Shown here: positions 10,652 to 21,137 of the stretch, piece after piece
Layout: each line of letters begins with the position of its first letter
Position numbering within the stretch: position 1 is the stretch's first letter
Assembly (NCBI GenBank): GCA_942493035.1
Contig: OW818666.1
Span: forward strand, 4,294,874-4,358,873
Reading direction: 5' to 3'
DNA length: 64,000 nucleotides
DNA from: an uncultured Spirochaetota bacterium
GTDB taxonomy: Bacteria > Spirochaetota > UBA4802 > UBA5550
The notes under the pieces: generated by a model
Databases searched by the model: none
Seen by the model: the letters and a program-made list of their open reading frames with translations, nothing else
Told to the model about the DNA's origin: nothing
Program-made: the position numbers and the translations under genes

Positions 10652-13294
10652 GTGATATCTATGAAAATAACAAAACTGTTTATATTAATAATTCCGGCAT
10701 TTATGCTTTTTGCAATATCAGCTCTCAGGGCTTCACCTGCAGGAAGTGCATTCCTCTCCGGAGGGAGCGCATATTACTCGGGCCGGGCAGGTGCTGGAAT
10801 TTCTGCAACGGGTGGTGATCTTTCACCGTACAATCCGGCCTCAACGGCAAACATTGAAAGATTCAGTATGAGTCTGAATTACGGTTCGCTCGACGGGGAT
10901 TATATCTATCCATATACTGCATTGGCTTTTCCTACTGCATACGGTGTGGTCTCCACGGGGTTCAGCTATTTTACCATCGACGGATTGCCTGTGCAGAAAG
11001 GCTATGCCGGATATCTTGGTATGTCGAAAGAGGTAACTTCAAAATTTTTATTCGGAATAGCAGCTGATGCTGCATATTCGGATTATACCGAGAAGAGTTA
11101 TTACATCGGTTTAAAACCGGGATTTATTTATAAACTGAACGGATCTTCAAGAGTAACCGGATTCGGATTTTTCGATCCTGCAGTCGGTTTTGCCCTTGAT
11201 GCAGGGTACAGTTCGGGAGATGATTCAGATCTTAACTCGGTTACCGGCGGATACAATCTGGATTTCTACAGAGACAGAGCATACAGCCTCGGATTTTATA
11301 ACGACCTCTCTCTAATTGAAGGGTACAGTAAATATGCATTTAAGTGTGGAATAGAAACGGCTGTTTTAAACTCCTTCTATCTTAGACTCGGCGCAGCTCT
11401 CCCCGACAGTTATGAGTTTATGTCATACACTGCCGGTGCCGGATTTAAATTTTCCGGTGAGACCTACAGCACGTCAATTAACTACGCTATAACATACTCC
11501 ACGGAGCAGGGTGTAAATCATACAGCAGGATTAACTCTTGAGTACGGGGCTCTTGACCGTGAACCTCCGGCATTATTGATTACTCCGGATTATACTTTTA
11601 TATCTCCGAATTATGACGGTGTGCAGGACTATCTTATATTTGATATTGGTGTACGCGATCAGAGCAGAATTCGCGGATGGAAGCTGCAGATATCCGATGA
11701 CAAGGATCTGGTTGTGAAAGAATTTAAAATGAGCGATAGGGAGATGGATGAAAGTCTTACTGTTTCTGCATTTTTCAAAAGACTCGTAAGCACAAAAGAT
11801 TCACTGGCCGTTCCGGAAAAAATACTATGGGATGGCTCCGGAATTTCAGGAGTAAAGCTTCCAGACGGAAAGTATAAATATTATTTTTATGCATGGGATT
11901 CCCGGGACAATATCGCTCCTGTGAAATCCGGTGTACTTGCAATTGACAGTACACTCCCTGAAGTCGATATTAAAACAGATTCGATAATATTCTCACCAAA
12001 TGGTGACAGGAATAAAGATACGCTGATAATTCATCAGAAGATTAAATCATCACCAGGCGACACATGGACCGGAGAGATAAAAAATTCTGAAGGTATTAAA
12101 GTGGTTTCGTATAACTGGGACGGTTCAGATGTTCCGGAAAGATTTGTCTGGGATGGCACAGATAAATCCGGTACGATTCTTCCTGACGGATTATACTATT
12201 ATTCGGTTTCATCAGTCGATAAAGCGGGAAACAGGGCATCTGCCGATCTCCGAGAGATAATACTGACCACAAAAATGGAGATTGCCGATGTCAGATTCGA
12301 AACTGAATATTTTTCATACAGCAGGAATGAACAATCAATAATAAAATTTTTTCCCGATCTTTCATCAATAAAAGGGATTGAGAGATGGGAGATACTGATA
12401 ACAGAGGCTGATGAAAAAAGTATTGTTGCATCTTTGAACGGAACGGGTATGGTTCCTGCTGCTGTTGACTGGGACTGCCGCGATATTAAAGGTAAAACAC
12501 TTGATGACGGATTATATAAAGTAAAGTTTTCGGCATGGTATACAAGCGGAAACAATCCAGTGTCGTTTTCAAAAAGTCTTATTTTTGACAGTACCAGACC
12601 GGAGATCAGCATATCGCATGAACCGGATCTTTTTTCCCCCGATGACGACGGAGAGAACGATTACCTGGAGCTGAATATGCAGGGTGATGATAACTCCGGA
12701 TTAGCATGGTGGAATATAAGTATTCTTAACGAGAGCGGTCTGCTGTTTAAAAATTTCAGAGGTAAAGGAAATATTCCAAAGCATCTGAAGTGGGACGGAG
12801 TAGGCGATAACGGTGAGCTCGTTGAGTCTGCTTCAGATTATGATGTTCAGTTTACTGCTGTTGATACTGCCGGGAATATTTCCGAAACAGCATCTGATAA
12901 AATCTCCGTTGATATACTTGTCGTTGTCACAGAGAGAGGGCTCAAAATGAGGGTCAGCAATATTGAATTCGCTTTTGGAAGCTCTACTCTTAGAAAAAGG
13001 GGGACGAAGATTCTCGACCGGGTCTATGAGATTCTTGAAAAATACCGAAGCTATGATGTAGTAGTGGAGGGTCATACTGATGATATCGGTAATGAAGAGT
13101 ATAATCTCAAACTATCGGAAAAGAGGGCGCAGGCTGTAAAAAATTATCTTACCCAAAAAGGGACAGGTGAATCGAGACTCAAGTATGTGGGGATGGGGGA
13201 GAGTCTACCGTTCTATCCTAACACAAGTGATGAAAACAGGAGAAGAAACCGTCGTGTGGAATTTCTTCTTATAAAGGATAAAGCAGTTAAATGA
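10652..13294 (+). CDS. large OmpA-domain outer-membrane/surface protein with repeated Ig-like modules
   Basis: Signal peptide, repeated FlgD-Ig-like modules, C-terminal OmpA domain (VEGHTDDIGNEEYNLKLSEKRAQAV). Confidence 0.75.
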   Translation: MISMKITKLFILIIPAFMLFAISALRASPAGSAFLSGGSAYYSGRAGAGISATGGDLSPYNPASTANIERFSMSLNYGSLDGDYIYPYTALAFPTAYGVVSTGFSYFTIDGLPVQKGYAGYLGMSKEVTSKFLFGIAADAAYSDYTEKSYYIGLKPGFIYKLNGSSRVTGFGFFDPAVGFALDAGYSSGDDSDLNSVTGGYNLDFYRDRAYSLGFYNDLSLIEGYSKYAFKCGIETAVLNSFYLRLGAALPDSYEFMSYTAGAGFKFSGETYSTSINYAITYSTEQGVNHTAGLTLEYGALDREPPALLITPDYTFISPNYDGVQDYLIFDIGVRDQSRIRGWKLQISDDKDLVVKEFKMSDREMDESLTVSAFFKRLVSTKDSLAVPEKILWDGSGISGVKLPDGKYKYYFYAWDSRDNIAPVKSGVLAIDSTLPEVDIKTDSIIFSPNGDRNKDTLIIHQKIKSSPGDTWTGEIKNSEGIKVVSYNWDGSDVPERFVWDGTDKSGTILPDGLYYYSVSSVDKAGNRASADLREIILTTKMEIADVRFETEYFSYSRNEQSIIKFFPDLSSIKGIERWEILITEADEKSIVASLNGTGMVPAAVDWDCRDIKGKTLDDGLYKVKFSAWYTSGNNPVSFSKSLIFDSTRPEISISHEPDLFSPDDDGENDYLELNMQGDDNSGLAWWNISILNESGLLFKNFRGKGNIPKHLKWDGVGDNGELVESASDYDVQFTAVDTAGNISETASDKISVDILVVVTERGLKMRVSNIEFAFGSSTLRKRGTKILDRVYEILEKYRSYDVVVEGHTDDIGNEEYNLKLSEKRAQAVKNYLTQKGTGESRLKYVGMGESLPFYPNTSDENRRRNRRVEFLLIKDKAVK

Positions 13295-14085
13295 AAGCAA
13301 TTTTTTTTACAGATATAGATGGAACATTAATAGATCATAATAATTATTGTCATGACGGATCTATCCCCGGTATGGAATTACTTAAAGAAAAATTTATCCC
13401 GCTGATCGGTGTTTCGAGCAAAACATTTGATGAAATGTCTTTTTTAATGACCAGACTCAATCTGAATTATTCATTTGCCTTTGAAAACGGTTCGGGTATT
13501 GCATACTATTCAGATGAAACCGGTGAGTACAAACTTGAATTAACAGGTCCGGGAATTGAAACTCTTGACTCGTTTATGCCTGAACTCGAAAGACTCTCCG
13601 GGAAAAATCTGAAAACAATTATTTCATTTTCAGATATTGAAATAGCAGATATGACCGGGCTTGATCTGCACTCGGCATCTCTTGCCAGGAAGCGGTTGAC
13701 CACTTTGCCGTTTATTGCAGAGGATAATAATCTTCTTACGGATATTGAAATATCTGAGCTTAATGAAATGCTCGATGAGCATAATTTTCAGGTTACGAAG
13801 GGGGGGAGGTTTAATCACCTTATCCCGTCCGGTTCAGGTAAAGGTGATGCTGTTAAAAAAATAATTGAGTTTTATAAGGATAAATTTAAGGATGAAATTC
13901 TAACCGCTGCTGCGGGGGATAGTTTAAATGATATCCCTATGCTGCATTCCGTGGATTACTCTTATGTTATAAAAAAGCCTGACGGCAGTTCTATCAATTT
14001 TATGTCAGGAAAAATTATGAATAGTTCAGGTCCGGCAGGTTTTACAGAAGCTGTAAGCGATTTTATAAAAATAATAGCAGGTTAA
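13291..14085 (+). CDS. HAD-IIB hydrolase (mannosyl-3-phosphoglycerate phosphatase-like)
   Basis: FTDIDGTL motif I and C-terminal GDSLND motif. Confidence 0.7.
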   Translation: MKAIFFTDIDGTLIDHNNYCHDGSIPGMELLKEKFIPLIGVSSKTFDEMSFLMTRLNLNYSFAFENGSGIAYYSDETGEYKLELTGPGIETLDSFMPELERLSGKNLKTIISFSDIEIADMTGLDLHSASLARKRLTTLPFIAEDNNLLTDIEISELNEMLDEHNFQVTKGGRFNHLIPSGSGKGDAVKKIIEFYKDKFKDEILTAAAGDSLNDIPMLHSVDYSYVIKKPDGSSINFMSGKIMNSSGPAGFTEAVSDFIKIIAG

Positions 14086-14088
14086 TTT

Positions 14089-14532
14089 ATGGAAGCATTG
14101 AAAGAGTTATTATATAATCTTGGTTCATATTGTGCAGGAGTCGTTAGAAAATCAATTGAGTGGTTTATGGGGCTTTCAACACTGAACAAGGTTATTGTTC
14201 TAAACACCTTTACCGCATTTCTGGCCATTATACTCCCTATCGCAAAGTATTTTATATTTGAATCCTGGTCAGATATAAACAATCCGATAGCAGTCTATCT
14301 TATATTGATTGTTATAATAATGTTCGGAACAATTTTTTTCCAAGGACAGCTTGTCCTTGCTCTGAGAGTGGTCTCTAATCTCTGGTATCTGATTTCAGTG
14401 GTAGTTCTTTATGCTACTCATTCTATTTCCCATGCTCCGTATGTTTTGAGTATAGGATTTTTCTTTAACCTGATTGCACCGGCAATTTATATTGGTGCGG
14501 CGGTAATGGCTTATATGGCGGGTGATAACTGA
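14089..14532 (+). CDS. small membrane protein
   Basis: 147 aa with 4 hydrophobic segments. Confidence 0.45.
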   Translation: MEALKELLYNLGSYCAGVVRKSIEWFMGLSTLNKVIVLNTFTAFLAIILPIAKYFIFESWSDINNPIAVYLILIVIIMFGTIFFQGQLVLALRVVSNLWYLISVVVLYATHSISHAPYVLSIGFFFNLIAPAIYIGAAVMAYMAGDN

Positions 14533-14536
14533 TTAC

Positions 14537-14667
14537 ACCCCGCCCCCTCTGGCCGTTGGCCATCTCCCCCATGGTGAGATGGTGGAGAAATATTAGTAAT
14601 CAACTTTATAATCGTTACTTCATTTCATCATGGGGATATGTCGCCTGGCGACAGTGAGGGCGGGGAG
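14537..14667. other. structured inverted-repeat element upstream of htpG
   Basis: Outer stem CCCCGCCCCCTC/GAGGGCGGGGAG encloses inner palindromes GGCCGTTGGCC and TCGCCTGGCGA. Confidence 0.5.
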
Positions 14668-14845
14668 TAAAAATTTTCTTGATTTTTTATCCATATTTTT
14701 TTTGGAATGAAATAAGAAAATGGTAACTGCTCATAAGCTGGTGATACTAAAATTCTGCCGGATTATGAAGACAAAAAATACAACAGCCTCCAATCATCTA
14801 TGATGTGCGGATGTAAATTTAATTTAAAAAAAAGGAGTTTAGTCG

Positions 14846-16717
14846 ATGAGTAAAAAACAGTTTCAGACAGAGGTTCACAGACTTTTACATCTAATTATTC
14901 ATTCACTTTATTCCCATAAGGAAATATTTCTAAGGGAACTTATTTCAAATTCATCAGACGCGCTGGATAAGCTTAAATTCCTTGCGATTACAGATGAGAA
15001 ATATAAGGGGATAAATTTTGAGCCTAGAGTGGATATCTTTTTTGATCACACAGAAAAAACTTTAACTATATCCGATACCGGAATAGGGATGAGCGAGCAG
15101 GAACTTGATGAAAATCTGGGAACTATCGCGCGTTCAGGGACACGGAATTTTGTCCACAGCATGACCGGCGATGAGAAGAAGGATTCAAATCTTATCGGAC
15201 AGTTTGGAGTAGGATTCTATTCAGGATTTATGGTCGCTGATAAAATTGAGGTTATATCGAGAAAGGCCGGTGAAGAGTCGGCAAGCAAGTGGATCAGTGA
15301 CGGTAAAGAGGAGTACAGCATTGAGAGTGCAGAGAGAGAGACTCAGGGTACAACTATTAAACTCTTCCTTAATGACGAGGGTGAGGAGTATGCCAACAGA
15401 TGGTCTATCCAGGGTATAATCAGAAAGTATTCAAATCATGTGCCTTTCCCCATCTATCTCCATTATGAAGATACAAAATCCGAAGGTGAAGGGGACGACA
15501 AGAAAGAGATTAAAGAGGAGAAAACCGAACAGATTAACTCCGCATCCGCCATCTGGAAACGTTCAAAGAACGAGCTTAAAGAAGAGGATTATAATGAGTT
15601 TTACAGACAGATCTCATTCGATATGGAGGACCCTCTTCTTTATATGCATACACAGGCAGAGGGTACACTGGATTATTCGACCCTGTTTTATATCCCTGCA
15701 AAAGCTCCAATTGATCTTTTCCGTGCGGACTATAAAGCCGGTGTGAAACTATATGTAAAACGTGTTTTCATTACCGATGATGATAAAGATCTTATGCCTA
15801 CTTATCTCCGTTTTGTAAGAGGAGTTATCGATTCAGAGGATCTTCCGCTTAATGTCAGCCGTGAGATACTTCAGCAGAACAGGGTAATGGCTAAGATCCG
15901 TTCCTCTTCAGTAAAAAAGATTCTGTCAGAGCTGGAGAGCCTTAAAACCGGCAGCAGAGAGAAGTACAATCAGTTCTGGAAAGAGTTCGGAATTCCTGTG
16001 AAAGAGGGCTTGTATCAGGATTACGAAAACAAGGATAAGCTTGTAGAACTTGTAATGTACAAATCAACTCGCGGTGAGGATTACACAACTCTCTCTGAAT
16101 ATGTTGAGAGAATGGCTCCTGATCAGAATTCTATTTTCTACATAACAGGCGGAAAGGAGGGAGTTCTTCGTAATTCTCCTCTTCTCGAAATGTACCGGAA
16201 CAGAAACATCGAGGTTCTTATACTCTCAGATGAAATTGATGAGATTGTAATTACAACAATTCCAAAATATAAAGATTTTGAACTTAAATCTGTAAACAGA
16301 AGCGATGCTGCAGATGATCTGAAAAGTGATGACGACAAAGAGAGAGAGAAGAAGATCGAACCTCTTGTTAAAAAGATCAGAGAAAAACTTGGTGAGAATG
16401 TAAAAGATGTAATTGCAAGTACACGACTAAGTGATTCTCCATCTTGTATCGTCGCTGATGAGAATGATCCTACAGTTCAGATGCAGCATATACTGAAGGC
16501 TATGGGACAGGATAATCTCCCGGAGTTTAAACCTGTACTTGAAATAAATCCTGACCACGAGATAATCAAGAAACTCGAAGGGACAGAGGATGAAGCTCTT
16601 ATCGAAGATGTAAGTTTTCTTCTCCTTGAACAGGCTATGCTTGTAGAAGGAATGGAGCTTAAAAGTCCCAATGCCTTCGTAGCAAGAATGAATAGAGTTA
16701 TGAATAAAGCGATTTAA
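14846..16717 (+). CDS. htpG: molecular chaperone HtpG (Hsp90)
   Basis: GHKL ATPase motifs (ELISNSSDALDK; IGQFGVGFYS), 623 aa. Confidence 0.9.
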   Translation: MSKKQFQTEVHRLLHLIIHSLYSHKEIFLRELISNSSDALDKLKFLAITDEKYKGINFEPRVDIFFDHTEKTLTISDTGIGMSEQELDENLGTIARSGTRNFVHSMTGDEKKDSNLIGQFGVGFYSGFMVADKIEVISRKAGEESASKWISDGKEEYSIESAERETQGTTIKLFLNDEGEEYANRWSIQGIIRKYSNHVPFPIYLHYEDTKSEGEGDDKKEIKEEKTEQINSASAIWKRSKNELKEEDYNEFYRQISFDMEDPLLYMHTQAEGTLDYSTLFYIPAKAPIDLFRADYKAGVKLYVKRVFITDDDKDLMPTYLRFVRGVIDSEDLPLNVSREILQQNRVMAKIRSSSVKKILSELESLKTGSREKYNQFWKEFGIPVKEGLYQDYENKDKLVELVMYKSTRGEDYTTLSEYVERMAPDQNSIFYITGGKEGVLRNSPLLEMYRNRNIEVLILSDEIDEIVITTIPKYKDFELKSVNRSDAADDLKSDDDKEREKKIEPLVKKIREKLGENVKDVIASTRLSDSPSCIVADENDPTVQMQHILKAMGQDNLPEFKPVLEINPDHEIIKKLEGTEDEALIEDVSFLLLEQAMLVEGMELKSPNAFVARMNRVMNKAI

Positions 16718-16773
16718 ATGAAGTCGGGTGGCGAATTATTTTCGCCGGTGCGTATGTTTTGTATACACCGGTA

Positions 16774-16812
16774 GTTGGGGGTTACGGGGGCTTCGCCCCC
16801 GTAACCCCCAAC
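16774..16812 (+). terminator. long perfect hairpin downstream of htpG
   Basis: GTTGGGGGTTACGGGGG-CTTC-GCCCCCGTAACCCCCAAC, within a run of four hairpins. Confidence 0.6.
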
Positions 16813-16891
16813 TCATTTCACAGCTCGAAGAGCTGTGCCTTCAGAAATAAATTATTACCGGTTTTTCAGCTAAATTGTAATAAATAAGCAT

Positions 16892-16919
16892 TTGACACTT
16901 GTAACTAAAAAAGTATAAT
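16892..16919 (+). promoter_or_regulatory. sigma70-consensus promoter for smpB
   Basis: TTGACA, 16-nt spacer, TATAAT, about 60 bp upstream of smpB. Confidence 0.6.
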
Positions 16920-16982
16920 CATTCAAATAGTATTGTATGCCTGCTCAGCTTATAAGCGGGATAATTTTTGCGGAGAAATTCC

Positions 16983-17441
16983 ATGTCTGATAATATAATT
17001 GAGATTCTTAGAAATAAAAAAGCCAGATTCGAGTATGAGATTCTTGATACTTATGAAGCTGGTGTAGTGCTTAAAGGTACCGAGGTTAAATCTATCCGGC
17101 AGAAGAAAGTCAATATTCAGGAATCGTACGCGTACATTAAAGACGGCGAATTGTATATTATCGGAATGAATATCTCACTATATGAGATGGGAAACTATTT
17201 CAACCACGAACCTCTCCGTGAAAGAAAACTTCTTCTTCATAAATATGAAATCAAAAAACTTGTCGGTAAACTCAAAGAGCGCGGTTACACTTTAGTTCCT
17301 TTGAGAATGTATATAAAAAACGGAAAAGTAAAACTTGAACTGGGACTTGCAAAGGGTAAGGATACTCATGATAAGCGCCGGACAATTCAGGATAGAGATA
17401 TGAAGCGCGATCTGCAGAGGGATATCCGGAAATACGTATAA
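16983..17441 (+). CDS. smpB: SsrA-binding protein SmpB
   Basis: KKARFEYEILDTYEAGVVLKGTEVKS; start placed at MSDNII. Confidence 0.9.
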   Translation: MSDNIIEILRNKKARFEYEILDTYEAGVVLKGTEVKSIRQKKVNIQESYAYIKDGELYIIGMNISLYEMGNYFNHEPLRERKLLLHKYEIKKLVGKLKERGYTLVPLRMYIKNGKVKLELGLAKGKDTHDKRRTIQDRDMKRDLQRDIRKYV

Positions 17442-17470
17442 TTTTTTTTATCAGTTAAAGCCGTAAAAGT

Positions 17471-17500
17471 AAAAAGCCCCCTTCATTAAAGGGGGCTTTT
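17471..17500. terminator. bidirectional rho-independent terminator
   Basis: AAAAGCCCCCTT-CATTAA-AGGGGGCTTTT between convergent smpB and the HDOD gene. Confidence 0.75.
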
Positions 17501-17517
17501 TACTTTTTAAAGTAATT

Positions 17518-18402
17518 TTAAGCAAGATCCCGAAGCTGCTTATCCATTTCAGGAATTTTAGCAAATAACTCTTCAAGTTCAGCGTTTGTTATTTTAAGTA
17601 TTTCAAGTGCATTGCTGCTCAGCTGATGAAATAATCCGTCACTGCCGATACCAATCCCTGCCATAATGCTTATTGTATTTGCAATATGTACTGCTGAGAC
17701 TTCAGCTTTAAACTGCTCAGGCGCATTTTCGGGTTCGGAGTAGAATCTTACAATAGCTTTAAGGACTGGAGGGAAGTTCCATTTTTCAAGGATCTTTTCG
17801 CTGATCTCCTGATGGCTGTATCCCATAATCTCTTTTTCGGCTTCGTTAAAGGTTATATTCTTTGTTTTTACTTCATTTATAATATCATTATATGTGTTCT
17901 GAACGAATATAGCAATAACGGTTTTACCCACATTATGAATGATTCCGCCGGTAAAAACGACATCGGAGATATCTTTACGGTTTTTCATAACAGCAATTTT
18001 TTTTGCAAGATTAGCAACCATCAATCCCTGTTTCCAGAGTTCACCCTTTCCAAGGTCGTAACCGATTACAAACTTATCCAGGATAGGTTTTGCTGCAATA
18101 ACCATTACAATGCTTGTTATCTCTTTAATCCCAAGAGTTACTATTGCTCTATCGATGGAGGTAATCTCTTTCCCTCTGCTGAAGTATGCGGAATTGCAGA
18201 GTTTTAGAATATTTGTAGTCATTGACTGATCTTTGGATATCTCCTCCGCTACATCTTTAAAAGATACATCGGGATTGTTTACCATGTTAAGAATCTTAGA
18301 GGCAATTTCCGGCATTGTCGGAAGTGCGGCTAGATTGTTTATTGTGCTTTCAATTCTCTGTTTTATCTGTGCGTGCATGTAAAATACCCCGGATTTTATC
18401 AA
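17518..18402 (-). CDS. HDOD domain signalling protein
   Basis: HDOD signature (ILKLCNSAYF...IDRAIVTLG). Confidence 0.75.
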   Translation of the reverse strand: MIKSGVFYMHAQIKQRIESTINNLAALPTMPEIASKILNMVNNPDVSFKDVAEEISKDQSMTTNILKLCNSAYFSRGKEITSIDRAIVTLGIKEITSIVMVIAAKPILDKFVIGYDLGKGELWKQGLMVANLAKKIAVMKNRKDISDVVFTGGIIHNVGKTVIAIFVQNTYNDIINEVKTKNITFNEAEKEIMGYSHQEISEKILEKWNFPPVLKAIVRFYSEPENAPEQFKAEVSAVHIANTISIMAGIGIGSDGLFHQLSSNALEILKITNAELEELFAKIPEMDKQLRDLA

Positions 18403-18884
18403 ACCTTATAATAAATTTTTTCCTGACCGGAAGCCTTGACTTTCAAGTGTCCATCCATCAGATAAAAGTCTATGACGCGGCCGGAATTCCCACCCGTATC
18501 CTCTTCAAGAAGCGGAATCTGAAGCTTCGCCAGCATTTTTTTTGTCTCTTCAACATTTCTGTCTCCGATCTGGCCAAGAGTCACGTTGGATTCAAATTTG
18601 AACATTGAAGCGCCACCGGCAATTTTTGCAGATAGAAATTCTTTTTTTGCACCCTCTTTCAGAAGCATCTGAACAAGAAGGGGGATAGCTGTATCCGCAT
18701 ATTTCTCAGGATTAGCTCCATTTGCGGTGTCCAGAGGGAGTAAAATATGAGCAAGCCCTCCGATTTTTTTCATTCTGTCATATATGCAAACGCCGACACA
18801 GCTTCCAAGAATAGTGCGAAGAACCGTTGGCTCTTTTGCTATCCTGACCTGCGCGACTCCTACATTTAAAAGTGTTTCACTCAT
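18399..18884 (-). CDS. cheD: chemoreceptor glutamine deamidase CheD
   Basis: CheD motifs (LAHILLP; KIAGGASMF); 4-bp overlap with the HDOD gene. Confidence 0.85.
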   Translation of the reverse strand: MSETLLNVGVAQVRIAKEPTVLRTILGSCVGVCIYDRMKKIGGLAHILLPLDTANGANPEKYADTAIPLLVQMLLKEGAKKEFLSAKIAGGASMFKFESNVTLGQIGDRNVEETKKMLAKLQIPLLEEDTGGNSGRVIDFYLMDGHLKVKASGQEKIYYKV

Positions 18885-19010
18885 ACTGTAATCTCTATTT
18901 CGGATTTTAATTCAAATATATAGATATACTTCATTCTTCTATTTGTCAATGGTTAATATTATTTTTTCAGTAATAATTCTTAAACTTTTTTTATATTGAA
19001 AAGCTCTATT

Positions 19011-19037
19011 ATTCCCGCCGCCAAAGGCGGCGGGAAT
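19011..19037. repeat. GC-rich hairpin ATTCCCGCCGCC-AAA-GGCGGCGGGAAT
   Basis: Same 9-bp stem CCCGCCGCC/GGCGGCGGG as at 3083. Confidence 0.6.
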
Positions 19038-19205
19038 AATAACCTTCAATTTAACACAAAATATACGTTAAAGGATTTGCATTACTATTTTTTTATTTTT
19101 TGTTTGATTATGATGAAAAGTATTTACAAACACGAGTGAAATAATATATAATATAAGAAGCGGTTTGAGACTTTTAAGTCTTATTGAGATTGTCAGGATA
19201 ATGAA

Positions 19206-20153
19206 ATGAAAATAAATAGCACAGACCAATCCCCGGTATCAATCATCGACCATCTGGTCAGTGAGATAAGTGAGAGCAGGAAAAATATTATATCAGGGAT
19301 TTTTCTTGATGAATCTCTTCTGGATTTTTATTCTCTCAAGGATGCAATTTTTATACCTGCTATACCGGTAGGTGAACTTGATTATAATACAGGAATTGAT
19401 ATAGTAAAAAATCTGACAAAACTGATCCCGGAATTCTTATTGAATCATACTCTTCTTGAAAAAAGAAAACCGTCATCTGAACAGCATTCACTTCAATTTA
19501 TAAAACCTATTCATGGCAAGCTGGTTGATTTTGTACACATTTTAAGATTCGATTTTAAACTTACAGGTGGTTACGGTACTATCGCCGGGAAGGGGGATAA
19601 CAGAACTTTTCCAGGATATCAGACAGATCGAATAAGATATAAATCAAGACTGGTCCCGATTATAAAAGGGAGTAATCCGTTTATGATAGATTCTTTAAGG
19701 CTCAAGTCGCAGCTGGAGGTTGATACAGACGGGAAGAGGTTTACCTCGGTATTTTTTGATGAGTACAGTACAACGGAGATATCAATAGACTTCAGTGTAA
19801 AGTCGGGTAACGATATATATTCCATACCTGCAAAGATTTACCAGTTTATTCCTTATGAATATTTTACCGCGTGTATGAGCATCCCTGATCCGACTGCTGC
19901 GAAGCTGAACCTGGGTGCAGAGTTGTTTGAACCTCTTTTCTTTTATCTTTATTTTCAATATAGAGAGAGGAATCATGAAATAGATGAGAAGCAGCTTTCT
20001 ATCTGGAGTGACTATCTTGAGGTGACCGAAACCGGCGTTACACAGAAGCAGTTTCTGCAGGAGAGACTTCGGGATTTTTTCTCTCAATATAAAATATACA
20101 GGGATGATGATATGATGCTTAACGGATTGCGCCAGATTGTCATCAATAAATGA
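19206..20153 (+). CDS. hypothetical protein
   Basis: 315-aa ORF with no recognisable family. Confidence 0.4.
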   Translation: MKINSTDQSPVSIIDHLVSEISESRKNIISGIFLDESLLDFYSLKDAIFIPAIPVGELDYNTGIDIVKNLTKLIPEFLLNHTLLEKRKPSSEQHSLQFIKPIHGKLVDFVHILRFDFKLTGGYGTIAGKGDNRTFPGYQTDRIRYKSRLVPIIKGSNPFMIDSLRLKSQLEVDTDGKRFTSVFFDEYSTTEISIDFSVKSGNDIYSIPAKIYQFIPYEYFTACMSIPDPTAAKLNLGAELFEPLFFYLYFQYRERNHEIDEKQLSIWSDYLEVTETGVTQKQFLQERLRDFFSQYKIYRDDDMMLNGLRQIVINK

Positions 20154-20162
20154 GGTCGTAAA

Positions 20163-20918
20163 ATGTTGATGGATACATCGGAAGTAAAAGTAGTAAAATA
20201 TAAAGATGGAAGTGCCGGGGATGTCTCTGACCGGATAGTGAGTGAAGATCCTTTTGAAATTTTTATCAACGGCGAAAAGAAATATTTCTGCATGAGAATG
20301 CCGGGAATGGATTATGAACTGGCAATCGGTCTTTTATTCAATGAAGGTATTATAAATTCGTTGAGTGACGTTCAGGATTTTAAACTGGATGAAAGCCGGA
20401 TCTCTCTGAATATTAAAGGCACAATTGTTCCCGGATTTAAAAAAGTTTATGCCTCATCGGGGAGTATGATTTCAGATGAACTCGTAGTTCCGGTTTCGCA
20501 GAGTGAGGGGGAGTTCCAGGCTGTAAAACTTTTTACTTTGCAGAATGAATTTTTTAAAATGCAGAAGGTATTCGATAAAACCGGAGGAGTTCATGCCTGT
20601 GCTTTTTATTCATCAGGCGGAGAGCTTATCTCTTTTGCAGAAGATGTTGGGAGGCACAATGCACTTGATAAATGCATGGGGAGTGCTCTGGCATCGGGAA
20701 AATCCGGAAGTATTTTTCTAATATTGCTCTCTTCAAGACTTAGTTTTGAAATGATCCGTAAAAGTTACAGAACCGGCGCTGTTGTCGTTGCAGGTGTATC
20801 TGCCCCCACCAGTGCAGCTGTAAGTGCCGCCGAACAGGGGGGCATGACTCTTGTAGGATTTTTGAGAGGTGAGAGGTTCAATGCTTATACTCATGCTGAG
20901 CGGGTACTGAATCTTTAG
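20163..20918 (+). CDS. fdhD: FdhD-like sulfurtransferase family protein
   Basis: FdhD-like motifs (GGVHACAF; GRHNALDK). Confidence 0.65.
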   Translation: MLMDTSEVKVVKYKDGSAGDVSDRIVSEDPFEIFINGEKKYFCMRMPGMDYELAIGLLFNEGIINSLSDVQDFKLDESRISLNIKGTIVPGFKKVYASSGSMISDELVVPVSQSEGEFQAVKLFTLQNEFFKMQKVFDKTGGVHACAFYSSGGELISFAEDVGRHNALDKCMGSALASGKSGSIFLILLSSRLSFEMIRKSYRTGAVVVAGVSAPTSAAVSAAEQGGMTLVGFLRGERFNAYTHAERVLNL

Positions 20919-21050
20919 AACAGCCTGTAATTTAATAAAAAATCCTTATCCTTCGACTCCGCTCAGTGAGCCGTTAGTACGCTGGCTGAGCGGAGACGAA
21001 GCCTGAAGGTTTACCTATTCCATTAGGGCAGTTTTATTAACTTAATCTTT

Positions 21051-21131
21051 ACAGGGTCAAAGGGGCGGTAGCCCCTTTATTAGCCCCGCAGGGCTCCCTG
21101 CGGTCCCGGAAACGGAGTTTTTGGGACCGCC
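21051..21131. repeat. about 85-bp structured intergenic repeat, copy A
   Basis: ACAGGGTCAAAGGGG...CCCGCAGGGCTCCCTGCGG...GGAAACGGAGTTTTTGGGACCGC; second copy at 23948-24052. Confidence 0.65.
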
Positions 21132-21137
21132 AATTAG

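Noticed and set aside
16718-16982. tmRNA (ssrA) next to smpB
   Set aside because: There are only about 240 bp of hairpins, with no tag-peptide reading frame and no tRNA-like ends.
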